Assembly: GCA_946622285.1 (NCBI GenBank)
Contig: CAMOPK010000003.1
Coordinates: 1 to 63,876, forward strand
From: an uncultured Bacillota bacterium
GTDB lineage: Bacteria; Bacillota_I; Bacilli_A; RF39; UBA660
DNA length: 63,876 bases
Direction of reading: 5' to 3'
Within the stretch, counting starts at the first letter, position 1; each line of letters opens with the position of its first letter. Of the stretch, positions 46,619 to 54,488 are shown piece by piece. A model generated the notes under the pieces. That model had not been told where the DNA came from. It did no database searches and saw only the letters and a list, made by a program, of their open reading frames with translations. Made by a program: the position numbers and the translations under genes.

Positions 46619-47536
46619 TTATGTATAACTGAAACTTATTATTGAACTATTATTGGTAATTGGATACGTATAATTTCTAGTAGCATCTATTTTATAAAAT
46701 TTAACTTGGGCACTACTTATAGCCTCAACATTAAAAGTGATACTATTTATATATTCATTACCATTTATAGTTGTAGTTGTATAATTTGTTGCGTTTAAAT
46801 AATATTCGCTTGTCATATCAAGTACAACTGTGTTAGGATCAAATGTTAATGTGATAAGTGCTGATTTACACTTTAATTTATTTTCATTACTTAAATTTGA
46901 ATATGTTGAAATATCAATTTTATCACCAGCATTATAACTACCAAAAGGAGTTACAATTGTATAATAATCAAGTGTATTTGTTATATTAAAATTTAAATAT
47001 GGTCTGTTAACTTTATCTTCTATCTCATATGAAAGTCCAACTGTAGCAACATTTAAAATGAATCTTGCTTTAATAGTTTTTCTATATGGTGCAGTAGATT
47101 GTGCTGTTACTTCAATAAAAGCAGTGTCGCCTTCAGATAAACTTGTTATTGGTGTCAATGTTGCAACAACATTATCAGTGTTAGTTGCGGTAAAAATAGT
47201 TCCCCCTTCTTTGCTTAGATGACAATTAACATTATTAGAACAAAAATATGTTAATTCATATGTTATATCAGAATCACACACTTCTAAATTATTCTTATAA
47301 CTATTTAAATTTATTGATATATTGTAACTATCTACACCAGACCAGTTTTCTACTTGATATATTGCACGATCAACTGTTAATTTATCACTATTAAAGTAAA
47401 AATTCTTAGTTGATAAGTAGTACTCTTTTAGTTCTAAATATATATATCGTCCGTATGTACTACCTAGAATAATTAAAACAAGGCCAACTGCAATAAAGAC
47501 ATAAACTGACTTTTTTAATTTGAATTTCTTCTTCAT
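46619..47536 (-). CDS. Secreted beta-rich protein with a SipW-class-like signal (305 aa)
   Basis: KKSVYVFIAVGLVLIILGSTYGRYIYLELKE. Asn/Thr/Ser-rich and beta-strand-like. 2-nt gap to the upstream SipW-like gene. Confidence 0.55.
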   Translation of the reverse strand: MKKKFKLKKSVYVFIAVGLVLIILGSTYGRYIYLELKEYYLSTKNFYFNSDKLTVDRAIYQVENWSGVDSYNISINLNSYKNNLEVCDSDITYELTYFCSNNVNCHLSKEGGTIFTATNTDNVVATLTPITSLSEGDTAFIEVTAQSTAPYRKTIKARFILNVATVGLSYEIEDKVNRPYLNFNITNTLDYYTIVTPFGSYNAGDKIDISTYSNLSNENKLKCKSALITLTFDPNTVVLDMTSEYYLNATNYTTTTINGNEYINSITFNVEAISSAQVKFYKIDATRNYTYPITNNSSIISFSYT

Positions 47537-47538
47537 AA

Positions 47539-48048
47539 TTATTTCCTCTTAAAAAGCGAATATATTTGATAAAAGAAGAATATAGAAATTGGTAACATTA
47601 TTACAATTAAATAACCAATTCTTGAAGTCAATGCCATTAATAAGTATCCTATTAATGGAATCGTTGAGATTTTATTAGTTTTACCAATTATATAGTCAAT
47701 AGAAAGTTTTCTATTGTTATTTAATGTTATTGTTTTTTCTTTTTCAGTTACGTCTTCAATATTAACAATTTTATCTTTAGATACTAATATTTTATGTTTA
47801 TCGGCAGTATAATAAAAAACTTCGTCATTTTCTTTTAATTCAGATTTATCTTTGGTTATAATTAATAGGCTACCTTTACGGCAATTCATATCTGTTTTGT
47901 TAGAGGTTACTATCAATTTATTCTTAATTTCAATTACTCCAAATGAGTTATATTTATTTAAGAAAAAAGTAACCGTTAACGTTAGCAAAATATATATTAT
48001 GAAGAAAATACCTAACACGATTTTTTTCATTCTACCACCTACTATCAT
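47539..48048 (-). CDS. SipW-like protein with a degenerate active site (predicted pseudo-peptidase)
   Basis: SipW architecture (N-terminal and C-terminal TM). The Ser box is replaced by VTSNKTDMNCRKGSLLII, with Lys at the aligned nucleophile position. His is retained (ADKHKIL). No Asp box. The probable start is MKKIVLG at 48030. Confidence 0.6.
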   Translation of the reverse strand: MIVGGRMKKIVLGIFFIIYILLTLTVTFFLNKYNSFGVIEIKNKLIVTSNKTDMNCRKGSLLIITKDKSELKENDEVFYYTADKHKILVSKDKIVNIEDVTEKEKTITLNNNRKLSIDYIIGKTNKISTIPLIGYLLMALTSRIGYLIVIMLPISIFFFYQIYSLFKRK

Positions 48049-48126
48049 AAGTATACCACATAAGACGAGTTTTTTCTATTTTTTTAGATAAAAAACTTTA
48101 GTTTTAATGTTCAATTTTTAGTTTAA

Positions 48127-48160
48127 GAAAACACTTCATTTTAGAAGTGTTTTTCTTTTT
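48127..48160 (-). terminator. Hairpin terminator after the 802-aa gene
   Basis: Stem gaaaacacttc (48127-48137), loop atttta, stem gaagtgttttc (48144-48154), with T-rich flanks. Confidence 0.65.
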
Positions 48161-48166
48161 TAATAC

Positions 48167-50575
48167 CTATAATAAATTTTGATTATTAGAATCATTTGAA
48201 TTATTAATGCCATCTTGATTATTTTGATAATCTATATTATCTTGACTATTTATATCAACAAAATTTTGTTGATCATCATTTTGATAATTAATATTATTTT
48301 GATTATCTTGGTAATCTATGCTTTCTTGAACATATTCTCTATTTTTACGTTTACTAATAGCATAAATATAAATTACAACAAATAGAACACCAAGAGCTAC
48401 TAAACTAGCAATAAGTAGTGTATTATCACTTCCCTCATCAGTCTTAATATCTGGTTTAGGAATTATCTCTTGTCCTTCTTTTACAGCAATTGTTATACTA
48501 TCACTTTTCTTACCATCTTTACTTGTAGCTGTTATTGTCGCACTTCCTGGACTTATACCAGTTATTAATCCTGCTTCAACTGTCACTATGGATGTGTCAC
48601 TGCTCTTCCAAGTAATGTTTTTATTTGTTGCATTACTTGGCTTAATATCAACTGTCAACTCAAAAGTTTCATTAACTCTTATTTCGGATAAATCAGAATT
48701 AATTTTAATGCTTGTTATAGGTATCTTAGTTTCTTCTTTAACACTAACTGTTACTGCTTTGAGCATACGAACAAGTTCTTCTGACAGTTTTTCAGCAGTC
48801 CCCTTAGGAAAATATGTAATATTTGTCTCATAACTTCCATAGGCATATACATCTTTGGTAGGTATATAACCTTTTTTACCATTAGTTAAACTCAAGACAA
48901 ATGTCATTTTTGATGGGGAATCCTTTTTAATAGACATACCACTCGTATCAAACATTTCATATTGAGCTGTTGCAAAAGAAACACTTCCAAGAGATACCGC
49001 ATTCAACTCTACTGTTGTTGAGTCACCAACTCTTGTAAAAGCACTTACCAATGTTGAAGCATGAGTCCCACCATGTATTTTATAGTCTTCAAACATTGAC
49101 CCAAGGTATGATATAAATTTTGTTCTGTGTGACGAAGTTACATTTTTTGCTACGCACTTGTAACCAGTTTGATCATTACCCGTCAAAATAAAAACCTGTT
49201 GCAAATAAGGAGAAAATTTAATTATTTGTCTTAGTTTTGCTCCTGAAGCATCGAAATCTTTAGGAAATTTAAAATTCTCAGGCCATTTATAACTTCCTTC
49301 AATCATTTTGGCAACATTTGCATAGCTAGCTTTGTTTATTTCATTAACATATGTTGCATTTACTGCTTCTACATTAGAAACATCTTTATAGTTTACTTTC
49401 ACCTTTTTACGCTTTAAATTAACATATTCACCTGATACTTTTTTTGTTTTATTATAAATTTTTGCGACATATTCAGATAATTTTTTACCATAACTTATGC
49501 TTTTATCATATGTATCTTTAGCAGTTGACCCACGTGTTGTTAATTCATTCTTTTCTTTTTCGACTTCAGTATAAGGATTTATATTTCCAGATGCACCAGA
49601 AAAATATGCAACTCTACAATTAAATTCTTTTTCTACATTTTCCCTTAAACTATTAATAAAATCTGATGATATTGTTGTAAGTGAAGCTGTTCCTGTTATA
49701 ACAGGGTGGACTTGCCAATTTATCATCACTATATCTTTCCCCTTACTTTTTTTAAATTTTATTAATTGCAAAGCAGGGTCCGCTTTTGTTTGATGGTCAA
49801 CCATTTCAAACTCAGTAATCCATTTTTTTTCATCTGCAAGATATACACTACTATTGTTTTGTTGACCTCTATTTACAGTTATATCATATTTAGCATTCTT
49901 TGGTTTTGCTTTATAATTGCGTACAAAATTTAAAGCATTAGTTCCATCAGCATTTACAACATTCGTCGTTCCAATTGAAATATCTGCTGGAGATAAATCT
50001 TTTAAAGCATCCGCACTTGCATTGGCAATTTGGTTATATAGTTTTTCCTTATATAGCTTAATGGCATCAACCAAGTTTTGATATGCTGAATTAGAAAATT
50101 CAACTTGTGGGCCAGAATGAGTATGAGTAAGAGATATTAATACCCTTTCTCCTGGGATTCCAGTTTTTTCAGTCACTTTTTTCTTCATATTATTAATAAT
50201 GGTTTCACTGTATATGCTGCATAAATCAACAGTTACAAAAATGACAACATTTTTATCTTTATCCATGATTGCAACCGCAGTTGCATATAATGGTTGCTTA
50301 TATTGCTGTCCACTAGCAGTAGCAACTCTATTTTGAGTATTTGCAAAACCTTGTAGTGGAACCCCACCTTTTTCAAGATCAGGATCTATTGAAGCTTTTC
50401 CATATCCCACATATAATTGACCTTGTTTCAAACTATCCAATGTTACTGTAGTACTTCCAACTTTAATACTAGTTGTTGAAAATGCAAAAGTATTTTTTAT
50501 TGAAAATATTGCAGTAATTAATAGCAATGGTACAACAAATGCTATTAAAATTTTGCTTTTCGTAACTCTTTTCAT
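48167..50575 (-). CDS. Neutral/alkaline-ceramidase-like hydrolase with a Big_2 domain, a C-terminal TM anchor and a low-complexity N/Q/D/Y-rich tail (802 aa)
   Basis: Signal peptide. GYGKASIDPD...GVPLQGFANTQNRVATA...LYATAVAI...VIFVTVDL and LTHTHSGPQ are Ceramidase_alk-like. Big_2 domain LTVDIKPSNATNKNITWKSSDTSIVTV. TM helix LLIASLVALGVLFVVIYIYAI. Confidence 0.65.
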   Translation of the reverse strand: MKRVTKSKILIAFVVPLLLITAIFSIKNTFAFSTTSIKVGSTTVTLDSLKQGQLYVGYGKASIDPDLEKGGVPLQGFANTQNRVATASGQQYKQPLYATAVAIMDKDKNVVIFVTVDLCSIYSETIINNMKKKVTEKTGIPGERVLISLTHTHSGPQVEFSNSAYQNLVDAIKLYKEKLYNQIANASADALKDLSPADISIGTTNVVNADGTNALNFVRNYKAKPKNAKYDITVNRGQQNNSSVYLADEKKWITEFEMVDHQTKADPALQLIKFKKSKGKDIVMINWQVHPVITGTASLTTISSDFINSLRENVEKEFNCRVAYFSGASGNINPYTEVEKEKNELTTRGSTAKDTYDKSISYGKKLSEYVAKIYNKTKKVSGEYVNLKRKKVKVNYKDVSNVEAVNATYVNEINKASYANVAKMIEGSYKWPENFKFPKDFDASGAKLRQIIKFSPYLQQVFILTGNDQTGYKCVAKNVTSSHRTKFISYLGSMFEDYKIHGGTHASTLVSAFTRVGDSTTVELNAVSLGSVSFATAQYEMFDTSGMSIKKDSPSKMTFVLSLTNGKKGYIPTKDVYAYGSYETNITYFPKGTAEKLSEELVRMLKAVTVSVKEETKIPITSIKINSDLSEIRVNETFELTVDIKPSNATNKNITWKSSDTSIVTVEAGLITGISPGSATITATSKDGKKSDSITIAVKEGQEIIPKPDIKTDEGSDNTLLIASLVALGVLFVVIYIYAISKRKNREYVQESIDYQDNQNNINYQNDDQQNFVDINSQDNIDYQNNQDGINNSNDSNNQNLL

Positions 50576-50643
50576 CTTAAATCTCCTAATACTATCTTAC
50601 GTATTTTATTATATCATCAATAAATTACTCATACAATTAATTC

Positions 50644-50670
50644 ATAAAAAAAAGGAGTTTTACTCCTTTT
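50644..50670 (-). terminator. Rho-independent terminator
   Basis: Stem aaaggagt (50651-50658) pairs with actccttt (50662-50669), followed by a long T-run on the minus strand. Confidence 0.75.
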
Positions 50671-50676
50671 TTATTA

Positions 50677-51078
50677 CTACTTCATTTTTTTATTTATTTC
50701 ACTTACATTATTGCAGATTTTTACAAATAGAATTAAGCCTTCATAAACTATTCTTAACATAATGTTGCCTAAAGTCAATGTCAATAAGAATGAAACAAAA
50801 CTAGTTCCGATTAATGCAAATGAACTTAATGTTAAGAAAATTGCAAATCCAATATATGTTGCTTTTAATGCAATTTCAATTACCAATGTTTTAAATTGTA
50901 GGAAGTCATATAACCAACCTAAGAATCCCTTAAATTTTCCTTCATTTTTCTTTGGTAAGAAAAGCACAAAGACACATATTGTACCGGCAATAGCAGCAAC
51001 AGCCGAAATAATTGTCCAGATTAATGCACCTAATCCGGAACTTGAAGTAGCAGCTCCAATAGTATAAATATTGTTCAT
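50677..51078 (-). CDS. Small polytopic membrane protein (DUF4282-like pattern)
   Basis: 133 aa. FLGWLYDFLQFKTLVIEIALKATYIGFAIFLTL and further hydrophobic helices. Confidence 0.5.
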   Translation of the reverse strand: MNNIYTIGAATSSSGLGALIWTIISAVAAIAGTICVFVLFLPKKNEGKFKGFLGWLYDFLQFKTLVIEIALKATYIGFAIFLTLSSFALIGTSFVSFLLTLTLGNIMLRIVYEGLILFVKICNNVSEINKKMK

Positions 51079-51142
51079 AAAATCCCTCCAGCTTCATTAT
51101 ATCATTATTTTACTTATTTTTAACTTTTTTTTAATTTTTTGC

Positions 51143-51174
51143 AAGAAAAAAGTTCAAAGTTTTAACTTTGAACT
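51143..51174 (-). terminator. Rho-independent terminator
   Basis: Stem agttcaaag (51151-51159) pairs with ctttgaact (51166-51174), followed by a T-run on the minus strand. Confidence 0.75.
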
Positions 51175-51511
51175 ATTTATCTTTTCTTACAAGTTTTGCA
51201 ACCACTTCTTTATCATCCGATAAAACTATTATTAATTCATCACTTTCCAACTCAAACATATTAACAGTTGGATTTTTTTGATAACAAAGAATAATATCTT
51301 TATCAAGTAATTTGATATGTTTATAATTTTTAGTTGCTTTGCCATTTTTTAAGACTGTAAGTGTCCTATCAGGAGACCTAGAGTCTACAAGATCAACTTG
51401 TATCTCATAAGTTCCTGATACTTCACTATTATTTTTGATTACAAAATAGCAAATTAATCCAATTGCAATTAATGCAATAATTGTAATTAATATAATGTAT
51501 TTCTTTTTCAT
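51173..51511 (-). CDS. Membrane-anchored 112-aa protein, paralogous to the C-terminal domain of the upstream lipoprotein
   Basis: The anchor is IILITIIALIAIGLICYFVI. YEIQVDLVDSRSPDRTLTVLKNGK... aligns with YTFKVKKVDDYSPDRIIEVYENGT... of the 521-aa protein. Confidence 0.55.
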   Translation of the reverse strand: MKKKYIILITIIALIAIGLICYFVIKNNSEVSGTYEIQVDLVDSRSPDRTLTVLKNGKATKNYKHIKLLDKDIILCYQKNPTVNMFELESDELIIVLSDDKEVVAKLVRKDK

Positions 51512-51513
51512 AA

Positions 51514-53079
51514 TTAATTACTCAAAGTTGCTGTAACTGAAGAACCACTTGTTAATACTACAGTTACTTTATTAACTCCGTCTATATCATAAACGTTAAC
51601 AGCAGGATTTGATCCTGTACAAAGTGGATTACCATTTAATGTAATTTTTGTAAAGTTGATTTTTGTACCATTTTCATATACTTCAATAATTCTATCTGGT
51701 GAATAATCATCAACTTTCTTAACTTTGAATGTATATGTTTTTGCAGCTTCTTTTGTCCATACTGCTTTAAGTGTTATTGCTTTTGTTACTTTAGTATCAA
51801 AGCTATAAGCCTTACCACTTAATTGCCATTCTTTAAATGTATAACCATCTTTTGTTGGATTAGCTGGTTTTGATGCCTTGCTTCCATATTCAACTTCTTG
51901 TGCTGGTACTGTGCTACCACCATCACTATCAAATGTTACTGTGAATTTTTGTGCTTCCCATTTAGCTTTTATTGTTATATCTGCAGTTACTGGGGTTGCA
52001 AAAGCATATTCAGTTTCACCAACAAACCATCCTTTAAAAGTATGTCCAGTTTTTGTTGGATCTGTTGGCTTTTTAGCTGTTTTACCTTTTTCAATTGTTT
52101 GAACTTTAACAGTACTTCCACCATCACTATCAAATGTTACTTTGTATGTTGGTAAAGCCCATATAGCTTTTAATATCATATCTTTTGATACTTTAGTATT
52201 AAAATCATATGTTTTACCATCTAATTGCCATTCTTTTAATACATATCCATCTTTTGTTGGATCTGTTGGCTTAGTTACTAATTTACCAGCTTTTACTACT
52301 TGATCTTCGATTACATCTGCCGAACCATTTGTATCAAATTTAACTGTATAATTGCCTTCTTTAGCCCATGTTGCTGTTAAAGTAATATCCGCAGTTATTT
52401 TTGTTGTGAACTTAAATATTTTACCATCTAATGTCCACTCTAAGAATACATATCCTTTCTTAGTTGGGTTCTTTGGTTGAGTTGCTTTTTTATTATATTT
52501 AACTGTTTGTTCAGCGACTTCACTACCACCATCACTATCAAATGTTACTGTAAATTCTTGATCTTCATTAGTAGCAGCAGCTTTTTCCCATACAGCTTTT
52601 AATTCAATATTAGCAGTTACTGGTGTTGAAAAATTATATTCTGCTCCATTTAATGTCCAATATTTTAAAGTATATCCTTCTTTTGTTGGATCTGATGGCT
52701 TAGTGATTTTTTCTCCTTCAGTTACTGTAACACTATAAACAGTTGAACCACCATCACTATCAAATCTTACGGTGTATCTTGAACCTGATTTAGTCCATTT
52801 TGCTTTTAATGTCATATCTTGAGTGATTGTTGATGTAAAGAAATAATCACTACCTTCATATTCCCAACCAGCAAAACTATATCCATCTTTTGTTGGATCT
52901 ACCGGTTTTTGTGCCAAGCTTCCTTCAGAAACTTCTTGTGGTGATATTTCACTACCTCCATCAGTATCAAATGTTATTTTGAATGTAGTCTTTGATTCGT
53001 TTTTGTTTTCACATCCACAGCCTGTTAACAAGCCGCAAACTATTAACAAAATGAACATGATTTTTAAGTTTTTTTTCAT
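51514..53079 (-). CDS. Lipoprotein with seven Listeria-Bacteroides (InlB B-type / Flg_new) repeats
   Basis: Lipobox LLTGC. The unit F(K/T)(I/V)TFD(T/S)DGGS...P..P(T)K.GY.F.GW...G..Y.F.T.(V/I)T.D(I/M)TLKA.W occurs seven times. Confidence 0.8.
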   Translation of the reverse strand: MKKNLKIMFILLIVCGLLTGCGCENKNESKTTFKITFDTDGGSEISPQEVSEGSLAQKPVDPTKDGYSFAGWEYEGSDYFFTSTITQDMTLKAKWTKSGSRYTVRFDSDGGSTVYSVTVTEGEKITKPSDPTKEGYTLKYWTLNGAEYNFSTPVTANIELKAVWEKAAATNEDQEFTVTFDSDGGSEVAEQTVKYNKKATQPKNPTKKGYVFLEWTLDGKIFKFTTKITADITLTATWAKEGNYTVKFDTNGSADVIEDQVVKAGKLVTKPTDPTKDGYVLKEWQLDGKTYDFNTKVSKDMILKAIWALPTYKVTFDSDGGSTVKVQTIEKGKTAKKPTDPTKTGHTFKGWFVGETEYAFATPVTADITIKAKWEAQKFTVTFDSDGGSTVPAQEVEYGSKASKPANPTKDGYTFKEWQLSGKAYSFDTKVTKAITLKAVWTKEAAKTYTFKVKKVDDYSPDRIIEVYENGTKINFTKITLNGNPLCTGSNPAVNVYDIDGVNKVTVVLTSGSSVTATLSN

Positions 53080-53163
53080 TTTTTTCTCCCTTTCTAATTC
53101 TGCAAATCGCCTACTCTAATATTCTACTATTTAATGATACCACTTTTATTAATTTTTGTCATC

Positions 53164-53191
53164 AAAAAAGGTTGAATATTTTCAACCTTTT
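53164..53191 (-). terminator. Rho-independent terminator after the serpin gene
   Basis: Stem aaaggttgaa (53167-53176), loop tatt, stem ttcaaccttt (53181-53190), followed by a T-run on the minus strand. Confidence 0.8.
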
Positions 53192-53193
53192 AA

Positions 53194-54399
53194 CTATTTT
53201 ATATATTCTGCCTTGTCATTTGCCCATAGATTTGGACTGTAAACTGTTCCGACAAACCAAATCTCTCCATTCGCTTTATCACGAATAACATATAAGAATG
53301 GACTATCAATAACTACTTCTTCTGGTTTATCTAATTGTATTGCTGCTTTATCATACATTGCAAACACAGTTACTGCAGCTGCTTTTACTCCTTTTTCTGT
53401 AAACTCGATATTTGCCTTGTGTAAAGCGTCATTAACATAAAGTCCACGTGAATTACTTGTCATCTTAGAAAAGTCAGCTTTTTCAGAATCAAATGCTTCT
53501 ATTATTCCAAGAGCCTTTAAATCTTCTTTTAATTTTAAATCATATTCAACTTTAAATTTTGGAATAGAAATATTAACTCCACCATTAGTTTCAGAAGCTA
53601 AAGTAGAATCTTTTTTGATTTTATCAATATCTTCAACTTTAATATTTTTTACATAGTCAGTTAATGAACCTTTAGGCATAATTGCCATAAATTCAAGTTC
53701 AACATCACCATATTTTTTCAAATCCATTGATAATGCAGTTACATCACTACCCTTATAGAAACTGACATTACTATTTCTTATTTCTTTTTGGCGCATTGTT
53801 GTCGCATTTATTTTTGAACCATCAGCTAAAGTAAATTCTCTACCTGAGGTATCACCAAATGAAAATCCATTTACCCATTCCATATCAATTGCTAAAGCAT
53901 TTATTAGCATCATTTCTGCATCACTATCACTTACAAGCTCATCCCTTAGCATATTTTTAATGATGCCTAATGTTTTTTCTTCAATAAATTTATTAATATT
54001 TTTTGCATCTGCAAATGAATCAAATTTTATTTCAGCAGCATATTTTTCTTTCAAAGTATCAGTAAAACTTTCTTTTACATAATCTTTATATGTGTCTCGT
54101 ATAAATACTGCATTTGCAAATGATAGATTTTCTCCTACGCTTTCATATTTAGGTAATTTTAATTTTTTAATCAAGGCTTCAATTTCTTCTTTTGTTTTTC
54201 CATCTGCACCCTCATTTAACATATTTAAAGCATACTTGATTGATAATGGACTATAAACAATATTTTTTGTATCATTTTCAAGTTGCAAAAACTTAAATGA
54301 GAATTCTTCACCTACTTTTGCTGGTTCTTCTTTTTTATCACATCCAACTAAACCAACAACCATTAATAAAATAATAGCAAATATAATTTTCTTCTTCAT
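53194..54399 (-). CDS. Serpin-family protease inhibitor, lipoprotein
   Basis: Lipobox LVGC. NIVYSPLSIKYALNMLNEGADGKTKEEI. Hinge/RCL region TEKGVKAAAVTVFAMYDKAAIQL. C-terminal DSPFLYVIRD...IWFVGTVYSP. Confidence 0.85.
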   Translation of the reverse strand: MKKKIIFAIILLMVVGLVGCDKKEEPAKVGEEFSFKFLQLENDTKNIVYSPLSIKYALNMLNEGADGKTKEEIEALIKKLKLPKYESVGENLSFANAVFIRDTYKDYVKESFTDTLKEKYAAEIKFDSFADAKNINKFIEEKTLGIIKNMLRDELVSDSDAEMMLINALAIDMEWVNGFSFGDTSGREFTLADGSKINATTMRQKEIRNSNVSFYKGSDVTALSMDLKKYGDVELEFMAIMPKGSLTDYVKNIKVEDIDKIKKDSTLASETNGGVNISIPKFKVEYDLKLKEDLKALGIIEAFDSEKADFSKMTSNSRGLYVNDALHKANIEFTEKGVKAAAVTVFAMYDKAAIQLDKPEEVVIDSPFLYVIRDKANGEIWFVGTVYSPNLWANDKAEYIK

Positions 54400-54461
54400 G
54401 TTTCCTCCTCTAGTAAAATTATAATCACATAATAATTATATCACTAATGTGTAATAAAAAA

Positions 54462-54488
54462 TAAAAAAAGTAAGGTTTTTAACCTTAC
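54462..54488 (-). terminator. Rho-independent terminator after der
   Basis: Stem gtaaggtt (54470-54477), loop ttt, stem aaccttac (54481-54488), followed by a T-run on the minus strand. Confidence 0.75.
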
